Shown piece by piece: positions 11,715 to 23,800 of a stretch of 64,000 bases of DNA. This stretch comes from Camelus dromedarius (lineage: Eukaryota). A program made the translations under genes and the position numbers. Positions within the stretch are counted from its first letter, which is position 1. Each line of letters starts with the position of its first letter. The notes beneath the pieces were generated by a model. The model saw nothing but the letters and a program-made list of their open reading frames with translations, was not told where the DNA came from and did no database searches. The stretch covers positions 372,001 through 436,000 of the forward strand of contig NC_087441.1 in the NCBI RefSeq assembly GCF_036321535.1, written 5' to 3'.

Positions 11715-13986
11715 GGGACGCCGTGTTTGGGGAGTGGCTCGTGGACACAGAAGAACAGAGACTTCTTGTTTGGATGCTTTGGCACTTTGACAACCACGAC
11801 AGATCTCCATTAACTGGTTTTGTCACGTCACACTTGCCTGTCCTCCGGGAAGCAGGCAGAGGAGGGAACGTGCAGACCGCACACAGAAGCAGGTCCAGCC
11901 CTCGGAGACTCAGTGTCTTCAACCCTCAAACAGGGCTGCAGAGAATGCCTTCTCCCAGGGGTGCAGGAGCAGTGATGTGGGTGCAGGGCCTGGATTGAGG
12001 CCCCGGGAAGTGTGGGCTCCTCCCCTCCACTCAGCACTTGGCAAGCTCATCCCTCAAAACCCTAATGGGGAGCATTCTTGGTGGAAAGTCAGCCTGGGGA
12101 TGGGCCCGGGAGCTCTTGGCAGCCAGAGTTCTCGAGGGCATCCTGCCACCTCCACAGGTGTCACCGCGGGCCCGTCTACGGGTTAGAGGGGTCCTTGTCC
12201 TTGCCAGGCCCATCCATCCAGACGATGTCCTGCCACTGGAGGTGGGATGGGACCTGGCACGGTGGATGGATCCGTCCCTAGAAGCTCTGTTCCCGGCACC
12301 TCTTCCTGGAGCTGACGCTTCCCCACGCGGTCTCCCTTCCTCCTGCACAAAGCTTCCCCACAGTCCCAGCGCGCACCCTGTCAAAGGCAGATTTGTTGCT
12401 ACTTTGACTTACGTGTTTACTTACCAGTGCCACGTTCAATGAAGCCCAGATGACATCCCTGACACACAGGCCATCACTCCGGCCCACACGATCAGGACCA
12501 AAGGTGGGGGGGGGGCTTTTCTCGCCACAGCTTCACATCAGCACAGGACCCCAGCTCCGCCAGCCTCTCCTCAGAGAGCTCCCACATGGAGCCCCGCCAT
12601 GCGCCCTCTGCCACATGTGGAGCCAAGCTCCCCTTCCTCTCCCCGCGTCTCCAACAATCTCCAGGCTGCAGCCAGAGTGACGGCTGAGAGTGCTTCTCCT
12701 CCCAGCTCCCCTTATTAAGGCCCCTCAGTGCCTACTCTGCACCCAAGACAGAGCCCCGAGTCCCTCTCCGCGCCCTGGCTTCTCTCGCCTAAGCCACAGC
12801 ACAGGCCACATTGCCAGCCACCCCTGAGTGTGGGCGTCCTCCAAGGACGCTGGTTCGGCAGGCCTGTCACGCCCGTGGACGCCTCTGGGGGCAGCAGAGA
12901 TGCTGCCCTTGTTCCTCCGACACTGACCTCCAAGCCCTTCAGCACAAGCTTCCATGCAGAAGAGCGGACCTTTTGCTTCCACGTTTTGAGCTGACCCATC
13001 CCAGCTCCAGGACTGGCACGTGCCTTGTCCCCAGGACGGTTCCAGCCAGTGCCAGCTCTCGGAGGCTGGGTGTGCAGTGACCTAAGGGTCGGCCCTTGGT
13101 GGCCAGTGAGCAGAGCACCCTGTGGGCTGCCCCTCCCCTGATGAGAGGCTCCTTAGTTCACACAGGGACAGCCTGGGCTCATTTGTCCCCTCCTAACAGT
13201 GACAAAGTGGCAGGAAGCAGCTTCTTGGCGCCATTGAGGAGAACCAGCTGTTTCATGCAACCACGAAGGTGCCAAAATCCTTGTTCCTGGATTGGAATGT
13301 TTTAATTTAGATATTTGGCTAAGATAAACAAGACTTTCATAATGTCTCATTTGCTGAAAAATTAGAAGATTGGAAAGCTTTGGAGGATTAGCCACGAGAG
13401 AAGTCACAGAACTGAAACAGAACCTCAGATAGGAGTAGCATGGAGAGGGTGTGACGGAGAAGCAGCTCACCCGGACCTACTTCCCCTCGGGAAGGGTCCC
13501 GCGTGGAGGGGAGGGACATCCTGGGAGCCTCAGTGTCCTCCTCACGGGCTTCCATGGCAGGTGGTGAAGGTCAAAAGAACATGACCCCGAGGAGCTGAAA
13601 GGTGACCCACGTTAAAGCCAATGGGACGGAAGGTGCTGGAAGGAGGAACAGAGGGCGTGGGTGGGTGGGTTTCTGCTGGGGCTGCTGGACTGTGGTGTCA
13701 GGGCAGGCGGCACGGTTCCCGGGGCGTGGCCTCTCCTCACTAGCACGACGCCCGCGCTCAGCGTTACAGCTGTGCTCTAATCAGGCGTGAGAAAGGCCTG
13801 TGCCCCGGAGGTGCCCGTAAACCCCCAGGAGAGCAGGATCTGGATGATGATGATGAATGAATGAGTCAGGGTGATGCATCCTGAGCGCTAAGGGGCCAAG
13901 GTGCTAAAGGAGATAAGACGGCTTTCTCAATCTCCTCTTAAAAATCAAGAAATAACCATTTTAATATTTTTATATATATATATTTC

Positions 13987-14027
13987 CCTTTTTAAAAAGG
14001 AAACTGGCCCCTTTAAGGGGCCAGTTT
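13987..14027. other. Two abutting perfect inverted repeats (14-bp palindrome; 13-bp arms with 1-nt spacer)
   Basis: CCTTTTTAAAAAGG at 13987-14000; AAACTGGCCCCTT-T-AAGGGGCCAGTTT at 14001-14027. Confidence 0.95.
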
Positions 14028-16819
14028 GAAAGCCTCAAAGTGCAGAGGTTCTTGGGGATCAGATGAGTGTGTGCGGGCCAGTCATTTCAGAGATCTTCAT
14101 GCAGGGCAGGGGGCCACCACTGCCACAGGGTCATCTTCACTTTACTCAGTTTTAGAGTTTCTCTGGCAGTCGTGTGTTGTTTCATTTAACTTGATAGTGG
14201 TTGCTCAGGATGCATAAGAAAAGCTGACAGGCATTTAGAAGACTGGAGCAAGTCTGCAGGTGAACTTCAGGATGACCACGGCGTGGCCTCCATTTACCAA
14301 AATCCCTGTACAGCAAACATGTCAGGATGGAGGCAGCGGGACTCCCTGCCAGTCTCAAGAAAAGGAGAGCTCAAGGACGGTTGTCATCGATTCCACGTTT
14401 CATTTCCGGATACCACGGGCCTCACGCCATCAACGTGCGTTTGCACAGAAGAGCTCCCCGTGGTGTCCCCAGTCCTTCACGTCATGCAGGGCCAAGACGT
14501 GGCCCACGGAGAAGCAGGTCTGCTGGGCTTTTTAAAGCTCTGAACAGTTGTCTCCTAGCTTGAGAGCACATCGCACGAGAGACTCCCACTTCAAGGTACG
14601 TCCAGCCCCTCGGTACCGCGCCGTAGTGTAAACTTACCGATGAAGCGTGGATTTTTCTTATATTATTAGTTGAACGCAAATAAAACTATATATCACTTGC
14701 TAAATGAGAAACTTACGTGAATATTATTAAAGGTCATATTTAAATAAGCTTTATAATAATCTTTAACAGTGGGTAAATTTAAAGAAATTGTTTAGTGCTT
14801 AAGACCTGTTTTAACCACTCAAAATTGGCAGAATTTTGTAACAAATCCTGGGAGAGCATTTACGACCTTAAAGAGCCCATGAGTGAGAAAGGAGGGCCGG
14901 GTCAAGCCTGTACACAAGAACCGAAACGGCAGATGCCTTTGACCGAGGCAGCGCATGGAAACCCTCCGATCCGGGAAGGCGCTGGCGGTCAAGGCGCCTG
15001 TTGGACTTGAGCTCTGACCAACAGACTGAGATGACTGAGCCCCTGACAGTGACGTGCCATTGGGTGTGGTTACACGTTTGGCGGAGTGGTCCCACCCACC
15101 AAAAACTTACAAACACATGTCTCCTCCAATCTCCACTTTGATTCCCGGGGGTCACTTGCCTGGGGTGCAAAGGGTTCTAGGCCACGTTCGTGCCAAGAGG
15201 GCCAGAGTGGGAAGGGGAGGTGGGCCAGCCCGAAGGCAGAGCAGCTGCCGTGCAGAAGGTTCTGGGCAGAGCAGCAGGATCTGCTTCCAGGCCACGTCCG
15301 CCACGAGTGTGGTCTTCGTCTGGGCCTAGAGGGTGGGCCTGGCTGTGAGATGGGGGCCAGACCAGCTCACCCGCCACTCAGCCCATCAGCACACAGGACG
15401 GCGCCGGGCGTGCTCCTGGGGCCCTGGGTCTCGTACGGGCTCTGCCGAGGTGCGTTTGCTGCCGTGCCCTTTGTCACTCGCGGGGCGAGGCTTCACGGGG
15501 GGAGGCTCCCCGCCTGCCCAGGGAGGCCACACCGACGGCAGCCTGTGAAGCTGCTCTCCTTTATTTCACGCGTCTGCTGTGCTGGCTCAGTCCGCGCTCC
15601 CACCACCACCCGTTCTGTCGTTCCGTCTCTGTGTTCTCCCAGAAGATGGAGGCTTTTTCCAGCTTTCCTCTTTTCTTTCTGAGTCTCACCAAAGTCTCCT
15701 TTCACGTCTGTATTTCTAACATGCGCCTCAGAACAACTCCGGCCTTTGCCCGTCGCCCGGGTCCCAGGCTGCTTCCCCTCCGCGAGGGTTGGTTACAGCC
15801 GTACCCGGCTTCTCGGCACCACATCTGTCTTATTTTGCTCTGGTCACCACAGGCAGGGCTCACACGATAGAATCGCTGGGCCCGGGAGTTGGCGGCAGGG
15901 GCAGCGTGCCTGGGTCCTGGCTCGCTGCGTCCACGTCACGCCCTGCTGGGGGGCGGCACCCACATCCTCCTTCTCTGACCCTGCAGAACCCAGGCTGCGC
16001 TCGGCCCGGAGGAGGGAGACCAGCTGCTTCCAGACCCTGAGCTCAAGGCCGGGGAGGGCTCTTGACTCAGGACAAGGACACGGGCCTGTTCTCAGCTAAG
16101 CCGCACGTCGGTGACGCCTTGACCAACCAGGCTGAACACGGAGGAGCTCAGCTTGGAAGAAATTTGCGCCAACAAGAGCTGCCCGTCACCCCGGGCCGGG
16201 GGCCTCTAAGACGGGCTTCGGGGGCCCCGGGGCACAGCAGGACTCACCTTCACCAGCTCAAAGAAGGCCCTGCGGACCGCAGGGTCCCGGGTTGGCAGCC
16301 CTCCTCGACCCCGGGGGCCTCTCGTGGGGCCTGGCTGCAGCTAGCCGCTCCCTGACTCCTGGTCTGGCCCCAGCCTGGATGTGGGACCCCCGCGGCAGCA
16401 GGAGCCGGACACCTTGCTTCTGGGGGAGGAGAAATCGGCCGATGGACTTAGAGGCTCCATCTTTTGCCCACCCATTGTGGAGGGGCAGCCGCTAAGGCAG
16501 ACATATTTTTTCTCTGTATTTCTAATAACGTTTCCTGGTGTGCACACATGTGAGGAGATGCTGCCCCTCCTTACCAGGCACCGTCCTGTCAGACTAGGGC
16601 TCCTGCGGCCTCACTTCACCTTTTTCATCTCCTGTGTGAGTCTAGGTTCCCCAGAGGAACAGAACCCAGGTACACGGAAAGTGACTGTGTTGAGGGCTGG
16701 CTCCCACAGCTGTGGCCGGAGGTCCCCAGGTCCCTTCACTGCTGTGAGTCCCGGCCCCTGGCGAGGGCCTGAGGACCAGGCGCTGACGTCGTGGGCAAGG
16801 GAGTGCAGGCATCCTGGCG

Positions 16820-17258
16820 CAGGCAGATGAGAGAACTTCCCTGATTTTGTGTGGAGACCACCACGGTACAGCGAATACTGCTTTAAAGCAAGTCACAGGA
16901 GACCCTTGGTTTCCCAGTGACACAAAAGTGATGTCTGCACTGTACTACGTCTCTGAGGTGTGCAAGGGCGTCACGTCTAAACACAGCGCGCACACCTTTA
17001 CTAAAATGCCTTGTTGTGAAACATGCCACCCGTCGTCTGAGCCTTCAGGGAGCCGTAGTGGGGACACCAAGCATCACAGATCGTCCTAGCAAATGTGATA
17101 ACAATGAAAATGTTTAATGTCATGAGACTTACCAGCATGTGACACAGAGACACAAAGAAAGCAGACGCAGCTGGAAAAACGGTGCCGGTAGACTTGCTGG
17201 ACGCGAAGTCGTCACGAGCCTTCACTCCGTAGGAAACGGTGTCTGTGAGGTGTGCCTG
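16820..17258 (-). mobile_element. Internally deleted Tigger1-derived DNA transposon (Tigger1a_Art-like MITE)
   Basis: Both Tigger1 ends are recognisable: 'agaccaccacggtacagcgaatactgctttaaagcaagtcaca...tctgagccttcaggga' and 'gtgacacagagacacaaagaaagc...ggaaaaacggtgccggtagacttgctggacgc...gaggtgtgcctg'. Termini read CAGGC...GCCTG. Confidence 0.8.
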
Positions 17259-17308
17259 TGGTTGGGGGGATGGCTCTGGGGCTGCTCATGCCCCAGCTCC
17301 AGGGTCAT

Positions 17309-17604
17309 CCACACAGGCTGGCCTGGGACTCGAGCTGGGGGCCGGGAGGCAGGACGGCAGGGTGGCAGCTCTGTGGGGCCTGCTGCTGTGGCGAGAAGCC
17401 CACACCCGTCTGTGAGGAGAGGGCTGAGTTCCAACACAACTTCACTTATGAATTCAAAATTTGAATTTCACATTATTCTCATGTGTCACAAAATACATTT
17501 CTTCTTTTTTTTTTTCCTCTACTGATAGAAAATGTGAGAGTCATTTTTTGCTCCCAGGATGTGCAAATCCAGGGGCTGGATTTGGCCCATGACCACTGAC
17601 CTTG
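17309..17604 (+). mobile_element. MER58B-like hAT-Charlie non-autonomous element
   Basis: 'aaatttgaatttcacattattctcatgtgtcacaaaatacatttcttc...ggatttggccc' matches the recalled MER58B 3' half; the 5' half is very diverged. Confidence 0.7.
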
Positions 17605-18156
17605 AAGGACCCACTGTCAGAGAACCGTGGCGTGGAATCCTGGCCCACGTGGCATCGCCGTGGCCAATGCTTCTCACCCCATCTGAGCACACAGGTGGTG
17701 CAGCTGTCCTGGCGCAAGGCTGCTGCAAACCAGGCCGGCTGGCAGCTCGGGGGCCCAGTGTCCTCCTGCAGGGAGCCCCCACCCCTAGGGGCTGCCCCAG
17801 ACTCACAGAGTGGAGCCGCTCCATCTCCACAGCTCACAGGTGAGGTTTGCTCGCTGGACACGCGGGAGGTGGGAGATGTAACATTGTGAAAGCAGAACAT
17901 GTTCAGAAACGGGGCCCGTGAGCCACGAGGAGGAGCCGGTCTAAGCTGGCGGGCGCCGCAGGGGATCCGGCGCCCTTCACCCTCCCGGCAGTGGAGGGCT
18001 CAGGGAAGCGGTTGTTTTTGTTTGGCTGCGATGCTTTGTTTGGAGAGAACAAGCCAGGGTGCCCAGGCCCCTAGAAGGCGCGTCGTGGGCTGGGCTGGCC
18101 CCGCGCCCACCCCCAGCAGGCCAGCTGCACCCAGGCAAGCGCCTGTCAGCCAGCCT

Positions 18157-18168
18157 GTAAATATTTAC
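18157..18168. promoter_or_regulatory. Palindromic double forkhead site (GTAAATA/TATTTAC)
   Basis: GTAAATATTTAC is a perfect palindrome containing TRTTTAC on both strands. Motif only; no binding data. Confidence 0.4.
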
Positions 18169-18532
18169 TGGGCGTCCAGGCTGTGTGATCGGAGGCTGTT
18201 ACCACATCACAAAACAAGCTGGTTCCCGAAAATTAAGCGTTGGAGGAGGGCAGGGCTCTGGTGGCCGAGGCCCTGTTCTGGCCCTGCCTCCAGCGGCAGG
18301 GAGGGAGGGGCAGGGCTGCCCTGGCCTGGAGGGTGGAGGGCTGCCACGGGCTCGTGTTCCTGAACCGCCAGCCTCATTGGAAGCGCCCCTGCAGGTCCTC
18401 TTCAGAGAAGGAGACGTGGGGAGCCGGCCATCCACCAACATGGGGCGAAAACCCAGAGACCCCCCCACCCCCTGCCCAGGAGCCTGGGGTGGGATGTGAG
18501 GGGCACAGGGAGGGGCTGCAGGGAGGCCCCGC

Positions 18533-18546
18533 CCGCCAGGTGGCGC
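18533..18546 (+). promoter_or_regulatory. CTCF core motif match
   Basis: CCGCCAGGTGGCGC matches CCRSYAGRKGGCRS at 14/14 positions. Motif only. Confidence 0.5.
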
Positions 18547-18559
18547 AAGGAGACACAGT

Positions 18560-18660
18560 TCGTGTGTGAGCACGCATGGGCGTGTGCTCGTGTGCTCACG
18601 TGCCCGTGTGTGCATGTGTGTGTGAGCGTGCGTTTGTGCTCCCACGCGTGCACGGTGACA
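18560..18660. repeat. Degenerate (TG)n/(CG)-rich alternating purine-pyrimidine tract
   Basis: 'gtgtgtgagcacgcatgggcgtgtgctcgtgtgctcacgtgcccgtgtgtgcatgtgtgtgtgagcgtgcg'. Confidence 0.75.
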
Positions 18661-20689
18661 TCCATGTGCATCCTGCAGATGCCCGATTTTGGATCGTGGG
18701 GAGTGGGGCGTGTCCGACCCTCGCCTGCTGTGTGTGGGGCCCTGGGGGGTGGCGACCGCAGACCCTGAGTCACAGTCTTTGCAGGAGCTGCCAGGCTGGA
18801 AGTTTCCGGGGGAGCATCCTGCCCAGGCCACAGGGAAGCAGTCTGAAGCGTTTTTCACATGGACGACAGAGGGCTTCCAGGGTCGCGTGTGACCCAGCAC
18901 GGCAGGCGGGCAGCTATGTGGGTGCTTTGCTGTTACAACTGGTGATGGTGGTGTTTGCAGGGTGGTGGGTGGGAGACTCAGGGGGCCACCCAGGGCTCAG
19001 AGAGGAAGGACTTGGCTCTGGCCCTGGCCTCAGACCCGGGGGCTCTGAGCTGGGCCTAGACTCCAGCCCGTCTGCAGGTCCACACCGGGGGAAGGCCCAG
19101 GGGCATTTTTAAAGCCTCACAGTGATTCCAGTGTCCAGCTGAGGGCTCGGCAGCACTGCATTCGGGGCCAGGGGCACAGGTGCGGGAGCCGGCAGAGCTG
19201 GATGGGGCGTGTGCTCCCAGCCGGGTCTTTAGACAGAGCCGCACAGCCGGCTGCCTGCCTGTCTTGTCTCTGGAAACGTCTGCGGGGCCATTAATGCTCC
19301 AACTCTCCCGACTTCTCCTGTCACTTCTCAGGGGTGGGGCCGGGCCTGTCTCTTCTGAGCTTGGACGCAGTTCCCTTGTGCGCAGGGGTTGTTCTCGTGA
19401 AACACCGCACAACTCCTGGGCTCGCTCCAGGAGCTGCTGAGGACCGCGCCGCCAGAGAGCCTGGCTCCCAGCGTGGAGAGGGCTGGGCCTGACCTGCCGC
19501 TCCCCACAGCACCTAGAAGCTTCCAGAGCAGGCGAAGCCGACGGACCCCTGCCAGGGAAGTGTGTCCCCGTGAGGTCTAGCTGCGGCTTTGTCCTCCAGC
19601 CCCCTCGAGAGGAGGCCACTGGTTGGCCCTACACAAGGACTGGGGTAACCAAGACATGCCCCCGGGTCCCCATGTCATATGGCCACTACATGTCCTCCCG
19701 TGGCCATGGCTGCGGGCGTGGGGGGCTTATTCCCAGTCCCTGAGCCGTGAGGAGAGCCTGTGGGCCTGGAGGAAGCAGAGAGGGGCCGAGGGACTCGGTC
19801 CCTTGCTCCAGGCTGGGGCGGACAGGCTCTCCCTCTGCCCCATCTCCACCTCCCTGTCTCTCTCCATCCCCGTCTCCCGCCGTCCCCACTGGGCGGCCCC
19901 CACCGTTCAGCTGTGCGGTGCTTCTCCCTCTGTGAATCTGCTAAGTTCTGTCTGGAGGCTGCAGCAGGAGGTGTGGGCTTTTACTGCCTTCATGGTGATC
20001 CCTCTTCTCACTCATCTGTCTGTCTGTCTGTCTCTTATCGAGCAAGTCCACAGTTTATGGATGTATGACTGCATGTAACAACTAGCTAATGTCCCAGCTG
20101 AAAAAAACACGGCGAAAACTTATTAATCTTAGTTTGTACAAGATCAACTTTCTGTCTGAATCCAGGTCTTCAACAGAAAGTGTCAACTGAAGCACAGCTC
20201 TGTGCAAAATACACATTTTGTGAAATTCAGCCCTTTTCACTTGTTTAGCTCCGTTACAGGCCTAGACTAATGACACTGACAGCCGGATACTGGCAGTGAT
20301 CTGCTGGGAATGTAAGCAGAGTGTAAGCTATGTGTTTATAACAGTTTTTTTCCCCAGGAGAGACATCTTAAACCATCTTCCCGAGGCGGACGTGGATGCC
20401 CTCGGTAACCCGTGGAACGTCCTAACTCCAGCATCCCCTCCTCTGTGAGGCCCGTCCGTGGAAGCAGAGACCACTCCTCCCCAAGCCTGCATGTGGGTGG
20501 ATGCCACGCACCGCCACTCAGGGCGGGTGTCCCCACCTCCTCCCAGACACGGCCAAGCAGCTGAGACCACTGCAGGTGGCGGTGGTGAGACCGGGGTGCC
20601 GCGGGTGCTTGGGTTCCACGCCACCACAGAAGGACATGTCCGGTCACCAGGCCCAGAGGTGGAAGGAGAGCTGGGGCCACTACGTCGGT

Positions 20690-20825
20690 CTGCGCACCAC
20701 AGCTGCGGGCGTGTGGCCTGGGTGTGCCACACACTCGCTGAGCCTCAGTCTCAATTCAAAGATAAGAGACACTGATCTCACTGCTGCGCGGGTTTGCCGG
20801 GAGGACGGCGGCTGATATGAGGTGC
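20690..20825 (+). mobile_element. MIR fragment (GC-shifted)
   Basis: 'gtgtggcctgggtgtgccacacactcgctgagcctcagtctcaattcaaagataagag...gggtttgccgggaggac' resembles the MIR core and tail. Confidence 0.55.
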
Positions 20826-23800
20826 AGGGAGGAGCGCGTGCAGGAGGTCGGGGAACGTGAAGGCATTTTGAAGGGTGGAGCGTTCCACACACTCGAGGCA
20901 CCGCCAGCATTGGGTTACGGCATCCAGGAGTCTGCGGGGTGTGTACTAACCAACCAGCCAGCTGCGTGCACGCCTGGACCCCTCACCTGTGACGGCGGCC
21001 TGAGCCCACTGCTGGCGTTGCTGCTGTGGGATCAGTCCTGCAGAGATGCCCGGCCCCTGGTGCTGTGAGCCGCAGGCCATGTGGGCAGCCGCTGCACCCC
21101 CAGGAGGGGCTGCCCCTGGGAAAGCTCCTCCCTGCACCTGGAGGCCTCCAGACCAGGGTTGCCAGCCTCTGGCCCCTCACAGTAATGCAGACCTGTCCTC
21201 CCGGCCAATGACCAAGGACTCAAGTTAGGACTGGTTAGACTGATGCCCACACTAAGTGTACGTGTCAACCCACGGGAATTCATCAGTGGCCGCGCCCCAC
21301 AGCTGCCACAGAGCCTGTGGGAGAGGAGGGAGGGTTTGGGGGCAGAGGAGTGGCAGGAAGTGCCACGTTCTTGAGCCTGCCACCCCCTAGCCCGCCATAG
21401 CTCAGGGGGCACCCAGGAGGGTGGTCCTGGTGAGGGGCCCACCTCCACCTCAAGGGGACAGGCCCAGCAGCTCCCAGCGGGAAAGGCCCAAAGCCAGATG
21501 ACCCCAGAGCCCACCTGTAGGGCAGTGCACCCCGAGCTCAGGAGTGAAGTTGTGCTCCCAAAAATGCAGAACAAAGACCTGTCGCAGGGGGAGCCCAGCT
21601 GTGAGCACAAGGCCAGCGGGAGGCCCGGTTCCGGTGGTCAGGTTAGAGCCTCAGCAGGGTGACCTGACCCCATGGAGCAGTGAGCTGACCCAGGCCCCCA
21701 GCTGTCCCTGCCTGTGGCTGGGAAGCCGGAGAGCCCAGGGCTGCTCGGAGCCTGGAGCACAAGAGAGAGCGGAGCCACAGACCACAAATCCACCCGCATG
21801 AAGAGCAGGTGCCCCACGTTTGGTGTCCAAAGACCTCGGTCCCTCTCACCACTCGTGGGCCATGTGGCTCTGAGCCTCCCTTCCCTTGCCCAGCAGGTGG
21901 GGAGAAAAGTGCCCACCTGACCAGACACGTGGTTCGTCCAAGTCTCAGAAGCAAAGAGACTGTTACCAGGGAGCTCCTGCTCAGCTCTGGACATTCACGC
22001 TCGGCTGGGACTCGAGAGCCGTTATCAACAGCTTTGAGCCACAAGGTGACGGTGAGTAGGGGGACCTCTGTTGATGTCACTTTGTGGAGCACATTTTGTG
22101 GGGCAGGAGGCACCAGAGGTCCACAGCGTCTCCTCCTGCAGGTGCCCACGGAGCCCCACCACCCCTGCCATGTTCCGTGATGCCTGCTCGGCCCTGGTGG
22201 CGTCCCCGGGCGAGGTCGACCCGGTGGCTTCATCGTGCGTGGTCGGGGGGTCTGTCTGCACCCCCGGCACGGGGCCTCCTGGGCCCGCCCTCGCTGTGTG
22301 CAGAAGCCGTCTCTGGGCCGTGGAGGGCTGTTTGCACACGGCGGATTCTGGGGAAACGATGTGCAGCTTCCAGACAAGCGCCTGCAGTAACTCCCTGTGC
22401 TCCACATTGCGTTCCTCCTGCAGCCACAACCAGTGCTGGGAGCCCCCACCCAGGAGAAGGTGGGGGAGGATGGGGGCCCGGCAGAGCGGGGAGGGCGGGC
22501 GGGCAGAGGGCAGCTCCCACAGCCAGGCCTCAGGCTGCTTCTCGTTCTTCTGAGCCTTCCCATCACCTGCAGAGGCTGACCGTCGACTCTGGCCACATCC
22601 CAGCAGCCGCCTGACCCGGAAGGGCCTCCCCAGTCTCCCTCCTCAGGGTGCCCCGTGCACCCAGCGTCGGAGCAAGCCGGCCCGCATCAGCGCTCCCAGG
22701 AACTGAGCCCAAGGCTGGGGGAGGTCCCTGCTGTGTCCTCAGCAGCCTGGCCTGCTCATGGTAAGTGGTCCGTAAATCTGTGTTGGACGGGCTGATGGAC
22801 ACGGGGACAGGCAGGTGGACGTACAGAAGCACCCCTGGCTGCGGGGACGGATGGGTGGACGAGTGGGTGGACGTTGGGAGGGGTGGTGGTGAGAAAGACA
22901 GGACGGGGCAGAATCTGACTGTTGGCTCGGAGACGGTGCAGCGGGAGAGCTGTGCTGGAAACCCCTGCAAGCAGACCGAAGTGAGTCATCTCAATGTCTA
23001 CACAGCCTGTCAGTGCCCACCCTCTGCCCCGCAGACGGCACCGGGAGTGTGCGGAACCGGTCTCAGGTTCTGCACTGTCTGCACCGTCCCAGGTTCACTG
23101 GAGATGGGTCATCTCCGCGTGCCCTCCCACAAGCCCTGTGCCTCGTCCCCACTTCGCTGCCTGGGCTCCAGAGACAGTCTCTTTCCCAAACAGGGGTGTT
23201 TCCAAGCAGTCGAGAGGGAAGGCCAGGCGGTGTTTGGGGGACGGTGGCCCTCCCCAACAAGCCTTCCCGCGGGCTCTGCCCTGGCCCCTGTGGTGGTGGT
23301 TCAGTGCCTTGGTGCTGCCCCCTCCACAGTCTCAGGCCCCCTCTCCAAACACACAACCCCCTTGGACCCGACATGCACAGGCCAGGCAGCAGCACCGCCT
23401 GGGGCTCTGACTGCCCCACTGGCCACTAGGCTGGACAGCAGCGTCGGAGCGGAGGCGCCGTCGGGGGGAAGCATTTGGCCCTGCTGGACTCTGCCCCCCA
23501 GCGACATCACCAGCCCTGGGACCCCGCTCGTGGGGGGAGGGGGCTGGGTGCAGCAGTGCCCTGTAGCCTGGGCCTGACACTTAAGAAGACACTCAGATTC
23601 TGATCTGCGATGTTTATTCCAAACTTGGTTTTCCCATCTATCACAGAACGCGGTAACAAGCAGAGAGATGCCGCCTCTGCCGTTCCATAAAGGTAGGTGC
23701 TTTGGTGAACGTGCGTCTCCTGGTCAAGCCGCGCTGCCAGAAGAACAGTGTGAACTGATGCAGTTCTAAATCTTGCAATTTCCTCGTGAACATCGTAATC

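Noticed and set aside
11642-11998. ORF with a signal-peptide-like N-terminus (MKGPFVLFTLLICGICLEAGA)
   Set aside because: Starts at GTG and lies in the 3' part of a MaLR LTR; the hydrophobic run comes from the T-rich LTR sequence.
13290-13480. Possible old L1 ORF1 fragment
   Set aside because: AT/purine-rich and suggestive, but I could not align it convincingly.
15386-15405. RE1/REST-like motif TCAGCACACAGGACGGCGCC
   Set aside because: 16/20 match, but mismatches fall at normally conserved positions (C8 and the A of GGACAG).
21643-22596. 317-aa minus-strand ORF
   Set aside because: Pro/Arg/Gly/Ser-rich with no motif, and similar ORFs overlap it in other frames; expected in GC-rich DNA.
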